Of a stretch of 64,000 nucleotides of DNA, positions 55,752 to 64,000 are shown piece after piece (position 1 is the first letter of the stretch; the number at the start of each line of letters is the position of its first letter). The translations under genes were made by a program, and so were the position numbers. A model generated the notes under the pieces. That model was not told the origin of the DNA, made no database searches, and was given only the letters and a program-made list of their open reading frames with translations. Origin of the DNA: a virus; IMG/VR virus record IMGVR_UViG_3300033143_001219, positions 1-64,000 of that record. One strand, 5' to 3'.

Positions 55752-57116
55752 TTATGATGCTGGGTAAATTAATGCTGAAGAGCTTTTAGCTCCTGGAATT
55801 AATTCACTGAAAGCAAATCTACGTGTAGCAACTAAAAGATTCTTTTGGTTTGCAATATCACGGTCACGTTCAACCATCATACCACGTAACTCACCAAATA
55901 AGAAGTTAGCTGAATTTAATGCAACTGCAGCTACTGTTCCAACTGCTGGTACAGCAAACGAATCAGATACAACTACTGGCGAACCATTAACTGAACCAAT
56001 TTGTCCACGTAAGATAGTAGCCTTATCACCAACTAAATCAGAAGTACGGAAATCCGGATCTTCTAATAAGTCATAATATGCACCTTCACTTACAATGTAA
56101 ACTACGTCACTAGGATTTAAACCATAAGGACCCATTTGTCTACGTGTAGATTGTAAATCCGCAACAGTAATTGGGTTATTACTACCAAATGTACCATCTT
56201 GTGTGAAGCTACTACCATTATCTGTTGCAAGTGTTGCAACACCACTAATTAATGCAAGACCAGTTTGACCTGCAATAGTTTCAACACCTGCGTTACCACG
56301 AAGTAATTCAGTATCTGTTGTGCGAGCCATTCTACGAACGATAGCGTTACGTACAATTGGTGCAATTGCGATAATTGAATCTTCTTCTTCTTCATATCCT
56401 AAATACTCTTTAGAAGCTAATTTCTCAGCTTTTAATAGATTATCTGCTGGAGTATGAGTTCTAGCAACACCAGATGAATCTCCATTAGTAGATTTATATG
56501 CTGTATCTGCTACCCATGATGCGTGTCCTGCTTCTGGGTTATATGGGAAAACTAAAGTTCTAGAAGTCATTTTAACTCTGTTTGAGAACATTGGCTCTAA
56601 GATTAGTTTATCTTGCATATCTTGATATAAGTTAGTAGAGAATAAAGTCTCCCAATCACTACCATCACCAGCTCCACCGGAATCCATGCCACCTAAGTGA
56701 TCACCAATTTTTTCGATGTATGCTTTATATGAATCTAATTCCACAATACTCTTGCCCATAATTTTAGATGTTAAAACGAACTTATCAATTTCGTCCTGTG
56801 CAACTTGCTTATTAGAACGATTATCATCAAAACGCATTTTAGATGTAGTTAAAGCAATAATTTCATCTTGCTTTTCTTTCAAATCAGTTTCTAATGCTTT
56901 TAATGATTCCGCTATAGTTTGATCTTTAGCTTCAAGTCGTGCTTCAAGCTCTTTAACTAAACGTTCTGCGCCGGACGTACCAGCTTCAGCAGCAAGAGTA
57001 GCAATTTCTGCTTTCTTCTTGTCTGCAGCTTCTTTTTCAGCAAATGCTTTTTCAATAGCCTTTGTTTCTAATTTTTTAACCTCTTCAGGTGTTAAATTAA
57101 TTGTGTCTTTACTCAC
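55752..57116 (-). CDS. Major capsid protein (HK97 fold with delta domain), internal GTG start
   Basis: AAAGGAG SD + GTG at 57116; 454 aa, similar in size to T5 pb8. Confidence 0.85.
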   Translation of the reverse strand: MSKDTINLTPEEVKKLETKAIEKAFAEKEAADKKKAEIATLAAEAGTSGAERLVKELEARLEAKDQTIAESLKALETDLKEKQDEIIALTTSKMRFDDNRSNKQVAQDEIDKFVLTSKIMGKSIVELDSYKAYIEKIGDHLGGMDSGGAGDGSDWETLFSTNLYQDMQDKLILEPMFSNRVKMTSRTLVFPYNPEAGHASWVADTAYKSTNGDSSGVARTHTPADNLLKAEKLASKEYLGYEEEEDSIIAIAPIVRNAIVRRMARTTDTELLRGNAGVETIAGQTGLALISGVATLATDNGSSFTQDGTFGSNNPITVADLQSTRRQMGPYGLNPSDVVYIVSEGAYYDLLEDPDFRTSDLVGDKATILRGQIGSVNGSPVVVSDSFAVPAVGTVAAVALNSANFLFGELRGMMVERDRDIANQKNLLVATRRFAFSELIPGAKSSSALIYPAS

Positions 57117-57692
57117 AGTTATTTCTCCTTTGTTTACAGTAGTATCCAGATCTGTATCTGGTAACTGTATATTATCATTGTTGAATAAGTTTTTAAACTC
57201 ATTATATTCTTCTTCATCTTTAAAAGATTTTTTCACAGAAAATATAGATTCGGCATTTGCTGGAATACTAACTACTGATAGTTCATATAGTTCGAGATCT
57301 TTTATTACAAAGATATCGGTGTCAGTGTCATAGTCGGCATCTTTGACTCTAAACCCTACTGAAAAAGCTTTTAGTACTCCTTCTTTTACTAGGTTATAAA
57401 CGTCACCAGCAGACTTGCTGATTTCGGCTATAACTCGTAAACCTTTATTATTTACGCTATAATCTGTTACCTCTCCAATAGGTTTTTCGTGATTATGAAA
57501 AGCAAGAACAATAGGATTTAGTAGATAATTATCCATCCCACCCTTAGTCCATGCTTCTTCAAGTATTACATCACCTACCCTATCTTTGTTTGTAGTATTT
57601 GCGTAACCTTCGATCGTGATAGTTTCTTTATCATCACTAACAGACTTAACTCTAAAAATAGAAGTTAGCTGCATATTTTTATTCATTTCCAT
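55752..57692 (-). CDS. Prohead protease fused in frame to the major capsid protein
   Basis: IEGYANT..KDRVGD, HNH.KPIG, FSVGF, ELSVVSIPAN; no stop before the capsid start. Confidence 0.85.
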   Translation of the reverse strand: MEMNKNMQLTSIFRVKSVSDDKETITIEGYANTTNKDRVGDVILEEAWTKGGMDNYLLNPIVLAFHNHEKPIGEVTDYSVNNKGLRVIAEISKSAGDVYNLVKEGVLKAFSVGFRVKDADYDTDTDIFVIKDLELYELSVVSIPANAESIFSVKKSFKDEEEYNEFKNLFNNDNIQLPDTDLDTTVNKGEITVSKDTINLTPEEVKKLETKAIEKAFAEKEAADKKKAEIATLAAEAGTSGAERLVKELEARLEAKDQTIAESLKALETDLKEKQDEIIALTTSKMRFDDNRSNKQVAQDEIDKFVLTSKIMGKSIVELDSYKAYIEKIGDHLGGMDSGGAGDGSDWETLFSTNLYQDMQDKLILEPMFSNRVKMTSRTLVFPYNPEAGHASWVADTAYKSTNGDSSGVARTHTPADNLLKAEKLASKEYLGYEEEEDSIIAIAPIVRNAIVRRMARTTDTELLRGNAGVETIAGQTGLALISGVATLATDNGSSFTQDGTFGSNNPITVADLQSTRRQMGPYGLNPSDVVYIVSEGAYYDLLEDPDFRTSDLVGDKATILRGQIGSVNGSPVVVSDSFAVPAVGTVAAVALNSANFLFGELRGMMVERDRDIANQKNLLVATRRFAFSELIPGAKSSSALIYPAS

Positions 57693-58875
57693 TATCGGAA
57701 TCCTCTTTTTTAGGTGCTCCACCTTCTCCTGCATCTAAAGCTGATCCAGCTATGTTTGCGGGTAAGATTAAGTCATCTGCAAATTCAGAATCTGAATCTT
57801 CGTAGCGTAATTCCGCCCTAGCTTCATTTCTTGATATAATACCAGCGTTAACTAAAGTACTATAGTAATTTGCAGAATCTCTAAGTTCCGGTCTCAGTGC
57901 TAATACATTTTGCGATATAGGTTTTATATCATAACCAAAGAAATATTCTAAACTTTGTATGGTCTTATTAACTAAGGGCATAACTGTGTTTATATAAAAC
58001 ATTCTTAAGTTTGGGTTTATATTTGCGTTGTTCCCAGAATCTAGTAATAGTGGAGGTACTCCTAAAGCTTTAAGTATTGCTTGCTCTTGTATTTTAATAC
58101 TTTCCGAGAAATCAAGTTCTTTAAAGTTATACTTAGATAAGGATTCCACTGAGAAATCTCCATCTAATACCATAGGTCTCTTTCCACCCCTACGTGGGTT
58201 ATATTTTGACATCCATTGGTGAACTATTCTATCCTTAACTCTCTGCGAAAGAGGATTAGGGGTTTTAAGAATAATACCCGGTATTGCTGAGTTGTCAAAA
58301 AAGTTCTTTTGAAAATCATTCATGCTCATTAATAGGTTAATATTTGATTTAGCGGAGTCTAATCTAGATTTTCCTTCGTAGATCGAATCTCCGGAATTAT
58401 CTTTGATATGTATTACTTCATTTGGTTTAAATGTAGTATTTCCATATCTAAATCCTTTTATGTATGTTTTTTTGTCCGTAATAATTTCAGTCTTCAAAGC
58501 TGGAAGATTGTACATAAATACACCATCATAGTATATAAACGCATCACCTTCTAGTATTAAATCTGTATATATATTCCTAAAGAATACATCTGCACTATGA
58601 TACGGATTAGGTCTAAATGTAAGTAACTGAGTTAGTTTCTTCTTTCGTATCCGTGTTTCTGAAGTAAACCAATCCTGTATTTCACCTACATCCATCTTGA
58701 TATCAGCACATGCGTCTATAATTAAATCTACACCTCTACTGACAGTTCCAACTGTATTATAAGCCTTTTGATTATTATAATGATCTCTAGATGGAGATAC
58801 TGTATCTCCAAAATCATCTGATATTTCGGGCTGAGCTGGGTTAATTTTTTCTCTTATTTTATCCCATATATTCAT
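57679..58875 (-). CDS. Portal protein (HK97-like)
   Basis: RPNPY, EVIHIKD, FFDNSAIPG, ALGVPP, SRNEAR. Confidence 0.92.
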   Translation of the reverse strand: MNIWDKIREKINPAQPEISDDFGDTVSPSRDHYNNQKAYNTVGTVSRGVDLIIDACADIKMDVGEIQDWFTSETRIRKKKLTQLLTFRPNPYHSADVFFRNIYTDLILEGDAFIYYDGVFMYNLPALKTEIITDKKTYIKGFRYGNTTFKPNEVIHIKDNSGDSIYEGKSRLDSAKSNINLLMSMNDFQKNFFDNSAIPGIILKTPNPLSQRVKDRIVHQWMSKYNPRRGGKRPMVLDGDFSVESLSKYNFKELDFSESIKIQEQAILKALGVPPLLLDSGNNANINPNLRMFYINTVMPLVNKTIQSLEYFFGYDIKPISQNVLALRPELRDSANYYSTLVNAGIISRNEARAELRYEDSDSEFADDLILPANIAGSALDAGEGGAPKKEDSDNGNE

Positions 58876-58887
58876 GTGTTTACCCTT

Positions 58888-58916
58888 AAAGTAAGTAGCC
58901 CCTTTCGAGGCTACCC
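58888..58916 (-). terminator. Probable terminator
   Basis: GTAGCC-TCGAAAGG-GGCTAC hairpin + T-rich tail. Confidence 0.55.
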
Positions 58917-58930
58917 ATATCCATAAACTA

Positions 58931-59713
58931 TTAAGCTGATGGTAAGAACGCTAATGCTGTTCCTTGACCTTCTCTTAATAATTCCCAAGCTGCGCCGTCC
59001 CATCTAAATTCAGCACTCATACCTATTTCACCAGTAGTGAACAATGCTTCTACGGAAGCTGTTCCTGCGTCTGCTAAATGACCAACTAATGTTGGTGTGT
59101 CAGAACCTGCTGCTGCTTTGATAACTACTAGTACTGTATCGCCTACACTATTTCCGTCGTCTACAACATAGTACTCTTTATCTTGCGTACTACCTGTAGT
59201 ATCAATTGAAGAGTATTTATAGTTACCAGATACAACTTTTGCTGCTCTACCTAAAGATGCAGTTACTGGTTGAGTTAAAGTTGTAATATCCGCTGTCCCA
59301 CCTAAAGTTACTCCATTACCTCTAACTCCTGGGTAGAATGTTAACGTTAATGTAGCTGTTGTGAAATCACAACCTACTGCATCTACAGGATATAAATAAC
59401 CCCATGCACCAGTAGTTTCTGTTTCTGCTAAAACCTGAGCTTCTAAACTAGCTCCTGCTGTTGCTAAGTCAGTGATAGCTTGAAATAAATGTGGATCTGC
59501 TGCAGTACCTGCTGATGTTCCAGCAGCTTCTGATGCACCCGCTTGCGCTTCAAATACATAATCACCAATAATTACTGTTTCACCAGCTAAAGGGATATCT
59601 GTAAATAAGATTGAACCTACTGCCAATCTACCTGCGGCACCTACAAATTCTTCTGTACCCATCATAGCATTATAAAGACGTGCTCTTGATTTGTTTTTAC
59701 TAATATTTTTCAT
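58931..59713 (-). CDS. Putative virion structural (decoration-like) protein
   Basis: A/G/T-rich, own SD and terminator, in head module. Confidence 0.5.
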   Translation of the reverse strand: MKNISKNKSRARLYNAMMGTEEFVGAAGRLAVGSILFTDIPLAGETVIIGDYVFEAQAGASEAAGTSAGTAADPHLFQAITDLATAGASLEAQVLAETETTGAWGYLYPVDAVGCDFTTATLTLTFYPGVRGNGVTLGGTADITTLTQPVTASLGRAAKVVSGNYKYSSIDTTGSTQDKEYYVVDDGNSVGDTVLVVIKAAAGSDTPTLVGHLADAGTASVEALFTTGEIGMSAEFRWDGAAWELLREGQGTALAFLPSA

Positions 59714-59758
59714 TGTTTCTCCTAGTCCTTCTCTACGTTATTATAATTATTGTATAGA

Positions 59759-60130
59759 TTAGTTATTATATTTAAGTTTTTGTTTTTCGCACCAGCGTTC
59801 TTGCTTCGCAGCAGTACTTAATGCCGGTACTTTACCATAGACTTTATGAAGTCTATTCATGTGATGAAACTTACATAATGTAATAGTCTTATTATATATC
59901 TCATCATGAAATTTTTCTTTAAAGACTTCACGATGTTCTAATATATCATCCACACTATTAATTGTGATTTTTTCATCTTTCTTCCACTTTAACCAAAGCA
60001 GAGTCATTGAAAAGAAATGATGGAACTGTAATTCTTCTTCTGAGTTGCATATATAACAAGCATTTGCTTTCTTATATGCACCTTTAGCTAAGTCTCTTAC
60101 ATATTTTATCTCATCTCTTTTTAAATCCAT
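59759..60130 (-). CDS. HNH-type nicking endonuclease (T5-like)
   Basis: CYIC...LQFHH...TLCKFHH..LH.VYG; T5 synteny upstream of portal. Confidence 0.8.
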   Translation of the reverse strand: MDLKRDEIKYVRDLAKGAYKKANACYICNSEEELQFHHFFSMTLLWLKWKKDEKITINSVDDILEHREVFKEKFHDEIYNKTITLCKFHHMNRLHKVYGKVPALSTAAKQERWCEKQKLKYNN

Positions 60131-60132
60131 TT

Positions 60133-60510
60133 TTACTTTTCCTTATGTATATGTATACTGTCTTTACGTCTAGATTGTTCCCTATCTATTCTATATACTT
60201 TTCCAGATTGCTTATCAATTTTTCGTTCTAATTTATCAATTAAATCAATAAGTCTACCTAGACCTCCGTTATATTCAGCGGTGAGAGTTTCTAATTTAAT
60301 AACTCTCTCTAATAAATCAGGTCTTTGTTTAAACTGGGCAACGTCACTTGTTAATGTTGCTGCCCACCAAACTGTAGATACTATATTAACTAGTAATAAA
60401 CCTATAATAGATAGTGATAAACTTTTTGTCTGATGCCAATGTATATCACCAACTATAACTCTTCTTTCTTTACCTTGATATAAGGGTGCTTCATTTTTAT
60501 CTTTTGACAT
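60133..60510 (-). CDS. Membrane-anchored coiled-coil protein
   Basis: One TM helix (TVWWAATL) + heptads. Confidence 0.65.
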   Translation of the reverse strand: MSKDKNEAPLYQGKERRVIVGDIHWHQTKSLSLSIIGLLLVNIVSTVWWAATLTSDVAQFKQRPDLLERVIKLETLTAEYNGGLGRLIDLIDKLERKIDKQSGKVYRIDREQSRRKDSIHIHKEK

Positions 60511-61644
60511 TTATTTTAGTCCTAAGTATTTTGGTAAACTTAGTGCAGCACTTTCTTCCCACACACGTGTGGATGTTACTTGGTCTGCTATTGTAGTTCC
60601 CGTACTATTATCTGATATTTTCATTCCATCTCGTAAAGCTACTGTTCCATCCGTGTTTCCAGCTTGTAAAACACATAAACCCGATAACACATCTATACAT
60701 ACTATAGAATTGGCATCTGTTATGCCTGTTACTTCAAAAGGTCCTGCGTGACCCCTTATTGCACAACTTGCATGTCCATTTACATCTAATACAGGTCTTA
60801 AAATAGACTCTGCTCTAATAGTAAATGATCTAACAATTGTAAATACTCCACCAAGCACATAAGGCCCAGCACCTGCATATCCAAGATTATGAGCCTCTCC
60901 CTGTAAACCTGTCACACCATCGGGGTGCAGATCAACATTTTCAAAACGCATAGTAGTTCCATTTAAATCACCCTTAATACATAGATTTTTAAATACTGTA
61001 TTTGTAGTTGAGGAACCCGCAGTTAAGTCTAAAATTGTTGAATTAGAACTAACGGCTTGTACTACATAATTATCAATATTTTCTGCTGCACCTATAGTTA
61101 GGTTTCCAATAATATGTATTACTTTAATACCATAAATATTAGAAATAGCTTTCGTATCTGTTAAATTATTTGAAGGACTACTAGGAGTTCCTGCAGGATA
61201 ATCAGTTCCAGATATTCCATTTGCAACATCTATTGTTATTACATCATTAAATGTACCATGATTTAAGAATATAGGATCAATGAAACCAGTAGTATTATTA
61301 GTATTAACACTTACTTGATTTTTTACCTCTACATCTCGAATATTAGTATTACCATTAATAATGTTAACGGAGTATAACCCATCTTCAAATTGTAGTTCAT
61401 AATAATCTTCATTAACTTCTGTAATACTTGGTGTGGAAGAAGTTGCTGATATACGTGAATATATTACAGGAGATACAATACCTTCTGGACTATCTGCATA
61501 ATCTCTTAATAGTTGCCAAAATACATCTACTGTTAACTTGTATTTAGTACCTATATCCAATGTTAAATCAGATTTAGGTAATGTTATTAACCAAGGGGTA
61601 ACTGTATAATCAACACTAATTGCCATTTTCCGTACTTCCACCAT
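60511..61644 (-). CDS. Putative virion protein with beta-helix-like C-terminal half
   Basis: Composition; GT...P..NL.D motif. Confidence 0.5.
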   Translation of the reverse strand: MVEVRKMAISVDYTVTPWLITLPKSDLTLDIGTKYKLTVDVFWQLLRDYADSPEGIVSPVIYSRISATSSTPSITEVNEDYYELQFEDGLYSVNIINGNTNIRDVEVKNQVSVNTNNTTGFIDPIFLNHGTFNDVITIDVANGISGTDYPAGTPSSPSNNLTDTKAISNIYGIKVIHIIGNLTIGAAENIDNYVVQAVSSNSTILDLTAGSSTTNTVFKNLCIKGDLNGTTMRFENVDLHPDGVTGLQGEAHNLGYAGAGPYVLGGVFTIVRSFTIRAESILRPVLDVNGHASCAIRGHAGPFEVTGITDANSIVCIDVLSGLCVLQAGNTDGTVALRDGMKISDNSTGTTIADQVTSTRVWEESAALSLPKYLGLK

Positions 61645-61825
61645 TGAAGCTTTTAGTTAGCATTAGATTAATCTTATTATTCATTAGACCCAATTTTTCA
61701 TCTTGAGTTCTAATTAATGCCTCTAAAAAGTCTACTTTTAATCTTAATTCATCCACAGCTTTTAAAGCCACCATAGTATTGCGCTTTACAACTTCTTCTC
61801 TTGCTTTTGCTATTGCATCATCCAT
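61616..61825 (-). CDS. Small coiled-coil protein
   Basis: ORF with SD. Confidence 0.6.
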   Translation of the reverse strand: MDDAIAKAREEVVKRNTMVALKAVDELRLKVDFLEALIRTQDEKLGLMNNKINLMLTKSFNGGSTENGN

Positions 61826-61834
61826 ATTATTTCC

Positions 61835-63679
61835 TTATTCGTCTGAGATCATTACTGCCGTTGAACTATATCCTGTAGAACTAGATATTATTCCAGTTAA
61901 TACACCCTCTTGTAAGAATGGTGATGCACTTGATTTTCTAGTCCAACCAACTACAGGTTGATCAGATGCATAAACTCTAGATGTACTTATTTCACCATTT
62001 ACATCTGTTAATCCAGTTAATGCTACAAATGTAGACTTAATTGTACCAGTTGGTGAAACCCCGGGTGTTGAATTCATAGTATATGTATATTCATTAGTAT
62101 TAGTTACTGTTATTTGCCAAACACCTCTATTAGCAGATACATCACCTTGTGTTATCTGTACATAATCATTAGTAGACATAGAATGTCCTGTATGTGCTAC
62201 AGTAGCCGTAGTTCCTGAATTTGATATTGTTACAGTTGCATTATATGGAAAAGGTCCTGTACCATCGGAGGCTCTTAATAATACTCTAGCTGATTGTATA
62301 CCTGTACCTGTATTACTAGCAGCTTTAGCTAACACTGTTACTGTTCCTGATACTATGCTAGTTGTAGCACTAGTACCATTTAAATATGTTGGAGTTGATG
62401 CACCATTAATTACGTTAATTGTTACTGCACCACCACTGTTATTGTATATAGTTGCATCAGTTGTACCAGTTGTACCATATCCACTCTCTGTATTTGCATC
62501 CCAATTATAACTGCCAGCCGTTGTTATTGTTACAGCATGCCCAGTACCTGCTGAAGTAAATGATGTACCTGTTACATTAGACATACTAGCTGTAGTTATT
62601 GCTGATGTTGCCGTACTACTATCTATAGTACATCCATCTAATGTTCCTGTTAATGTAATTAAATCACACTGATTAAAACTGCTTCCTGTTATATCATTAG
62701 CTATAGTAGAGGTCCCACCGGACTGGAATACTATACCACTCATTGTTTGCCCAGATGCTGTTGTTAGTGTATTAAAACCACCAAGTGAACCACCTGTCAT
62801 TGTGAAAGCAGTAGCGCCGGATGCATCAAAATTAAAATCTACAGCTCCGGAATTATTAATTATTGAGTTAGTTAAAGTTACTGTTCCAGTAATATCACAT
62901 TGATAAGTATAAGTACCACCTAATGTATCAGTAAATACAAGTGTTTCAGCAATAGATGTTTGAGCAGTACCACTAAATTCAATACTACCTTGAGAAAATA
63001 TAATACCATTAGATTCTGAAAGAATACCTATAGCTGTTGTACTATCAGCCACTTGAGACTCAGAAAATAATAAATCACTAGCTGTGGTTCCTTGAAATGT
63101 TAAACCATCACCAACTTCCATCGCGTCAACAACAAAATTATCAAATCTAGCTGTTGTACCACCAACATCAGTAACAAAACCAATCTCAGTAATATCCCCT
63201 AAATCTGCAGCTGTTCCACTATTTTCACTCTCTGTAATTCCTGTAAATGCAGCCCATTTTTGAAAGCCACCAGAATAGTCATCACTACCAGCCACATTCC
63301 AGTAAGAAATATTTGTACCATCACCTAAATAAATCTGTAAACCACCATTGGCTTTTGTAAATGCAGAACCTGCCGCTAAAAACGCCGCCCAGATATAAAT
63401 AATTCCATCAGGTATAGCAGTTGCTCCTGCTCCTGTAGTACCTGTAGTAAAATCAAATCCAGCTGTTTCAGTAAAAATTATAGCTACGCGTTGCTTATTA
63501 GTACGAGCAGCTCTAGCATCACTACCTTCAGCAACTAAATCAATAGTGCCTACGGAGGCAAGTAGAGTCGGTGCACCACCGGCTCCCTCTAGTTTAATAG
63601 CAGACCAATTGGTTGCTGTATCAGCTGTATCTACCCTTGAAACAGTGTAGGTACCCCCCGTATTAATAGTAATAGCCAT
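61835..63679 (-). CDS. Putative virion structural protein (T/G/S-rich)
   Basis: Composition; late strand. Confidence 0.6.
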   Translation of the reverse strand: MAITINTGGTYTVSRVDTADTATNWSAIKLEGAGGAPTLLASVGTIDLVAEGSDARAARTNKQRVAIIFTETAGFDFTTGTTGAGATAIPDGIIYIWAAFLAAGSAFTKANGGLQIYLGDGTNISYWNVAGSDDYSGGFQKWAAFTGITESENSGTAADLGDITEIGFVTDVGGTTARFDNFVVDAMEVGDGLTFQGTTASDLLFSESQVADSTTAIGILSESNGIIFSQGSIEFSGTAQTSIAETLVFTDTLGGTYTYQCDITGTVTLTNSIINNSGAVDFNFDASGATAFTMTGGSLGGFNTLTTASGQTMSGIVFQSGGTSTIANDITGSSFNQCDLITLTGTLDGCTIDSSTATSAITTASMSNVTGTSFTSAGTGHAVTITTAGSYNWDANTESGYGTTGTTDATIYNNSGGAVTINVINGASTPTYLNGTSATTSIVSGTVTVLAKAASNTGTGIQSARVLLRASDGTGPFPYNATVTISNSGTTATVAHTGHSMSTNDYVQITQGDVSANRGVWQITVTNTNEYTYTMNSTPGVSPTGTIKSTFVALTGLTDVNGEISTSRVYASDQPVVGWTRKSSASPFLQEGVLTGIISSSTGYSSTAVMISDE

Positions 63680-63682
63680 TTT

Positions 63683-64000
63683 TTAAGCATCCACTGTTCT
63701 AATCGCGTTAGATGAACCACCTGTATTTGTTAGTGTACCTGTAGTAATGTACTCCTTAATAGGAGTTCCACCACCGTCTCTAACTTTAATAACTAAAGTT
63801 CTATCTGCGTCATATACTCCAATAAATGAATGTGAAGTATTATATGTATAAGTATCTCCTGTTCCCGTGCCTGGGCCAGAAGCTGTAAATATTGTACCTG
63901 GGTCACTATTTGCTGCACCAATTAAAGTGAAATCAGTAGTACCCGTAGTTTGGATTACATATGTTGTACCATTTACACAACCTGTAGCCACAACCGTTGT
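63683..64000 (-). CDS. 3' end of a putative structural protein, truncated by the window
   Basis: VKVRDGGGTPIK-like C-terminus; the frame appears to run off the edge. Confidence 0.6.
   Translation of the reverse strand, partial: TTVVATGCVNGTTYVIQTTGTTDFTLIGAANSDPGTIFTASGPGTGTGDTYTYNTSHSFIGVYDADRTLVIKVRDGGGTPIKEYITTGTLTNTGGSSNAIRTVDA

Noticed and set aside
11999-64000. Alternative genetic code (TAG reassigned), suggested by the CUA tRNA
   Set aside because: Core genes, including the 2366-aa tape measure, are full length under the standard code, and TAG acts as a stop (e.g. 53365, 33873).

Overview
A 64 kb, AT-rich segment of a lytic T5-like siphovirus genome (Demerecviridae-like gene order). 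The + strand (1-31.9 kb) carries a tRNA/accessory region: 21 complete tRNA genes plus a partial one, including an amber (CUA) tRNA, a circularly permuted two-piece tmRNA, other structured RNAs, a Pth2-like gene and two secreted FG-GAP proteins. The T5-type replication block follows (D3, split NAD ligase, D5, D6 helicase, primase, PolA, D10-D15, dUTPase), then a class II RNR. A bidirectional terminator at ~31.9 kb separates this from the - strand late region: lysis and envelope genes, three paralogous tail fibres with a gp38-like adhesin, tail tip, a 2366-aa tape measure, chaperones with a -1 frameshift, tail tube, neck, an in-frame protease/major capsid fusion, portal, nicking endonuclease and extra virion-like proteins. 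The most striking candidate novel system is at 38-845. An amber-suppressor tRNA is followed by an unannotated leader ORF (MKRT-UAG-THDPPW...). Its readthrough product ends 1 nt before the start of a two-gene unit ending in a peptidyl-tRNA-hydrolase-like gene, in a genome that otherwise uses the standard code. All calls were made by eye from the sequence and from remembered family motifs; no searches were run.
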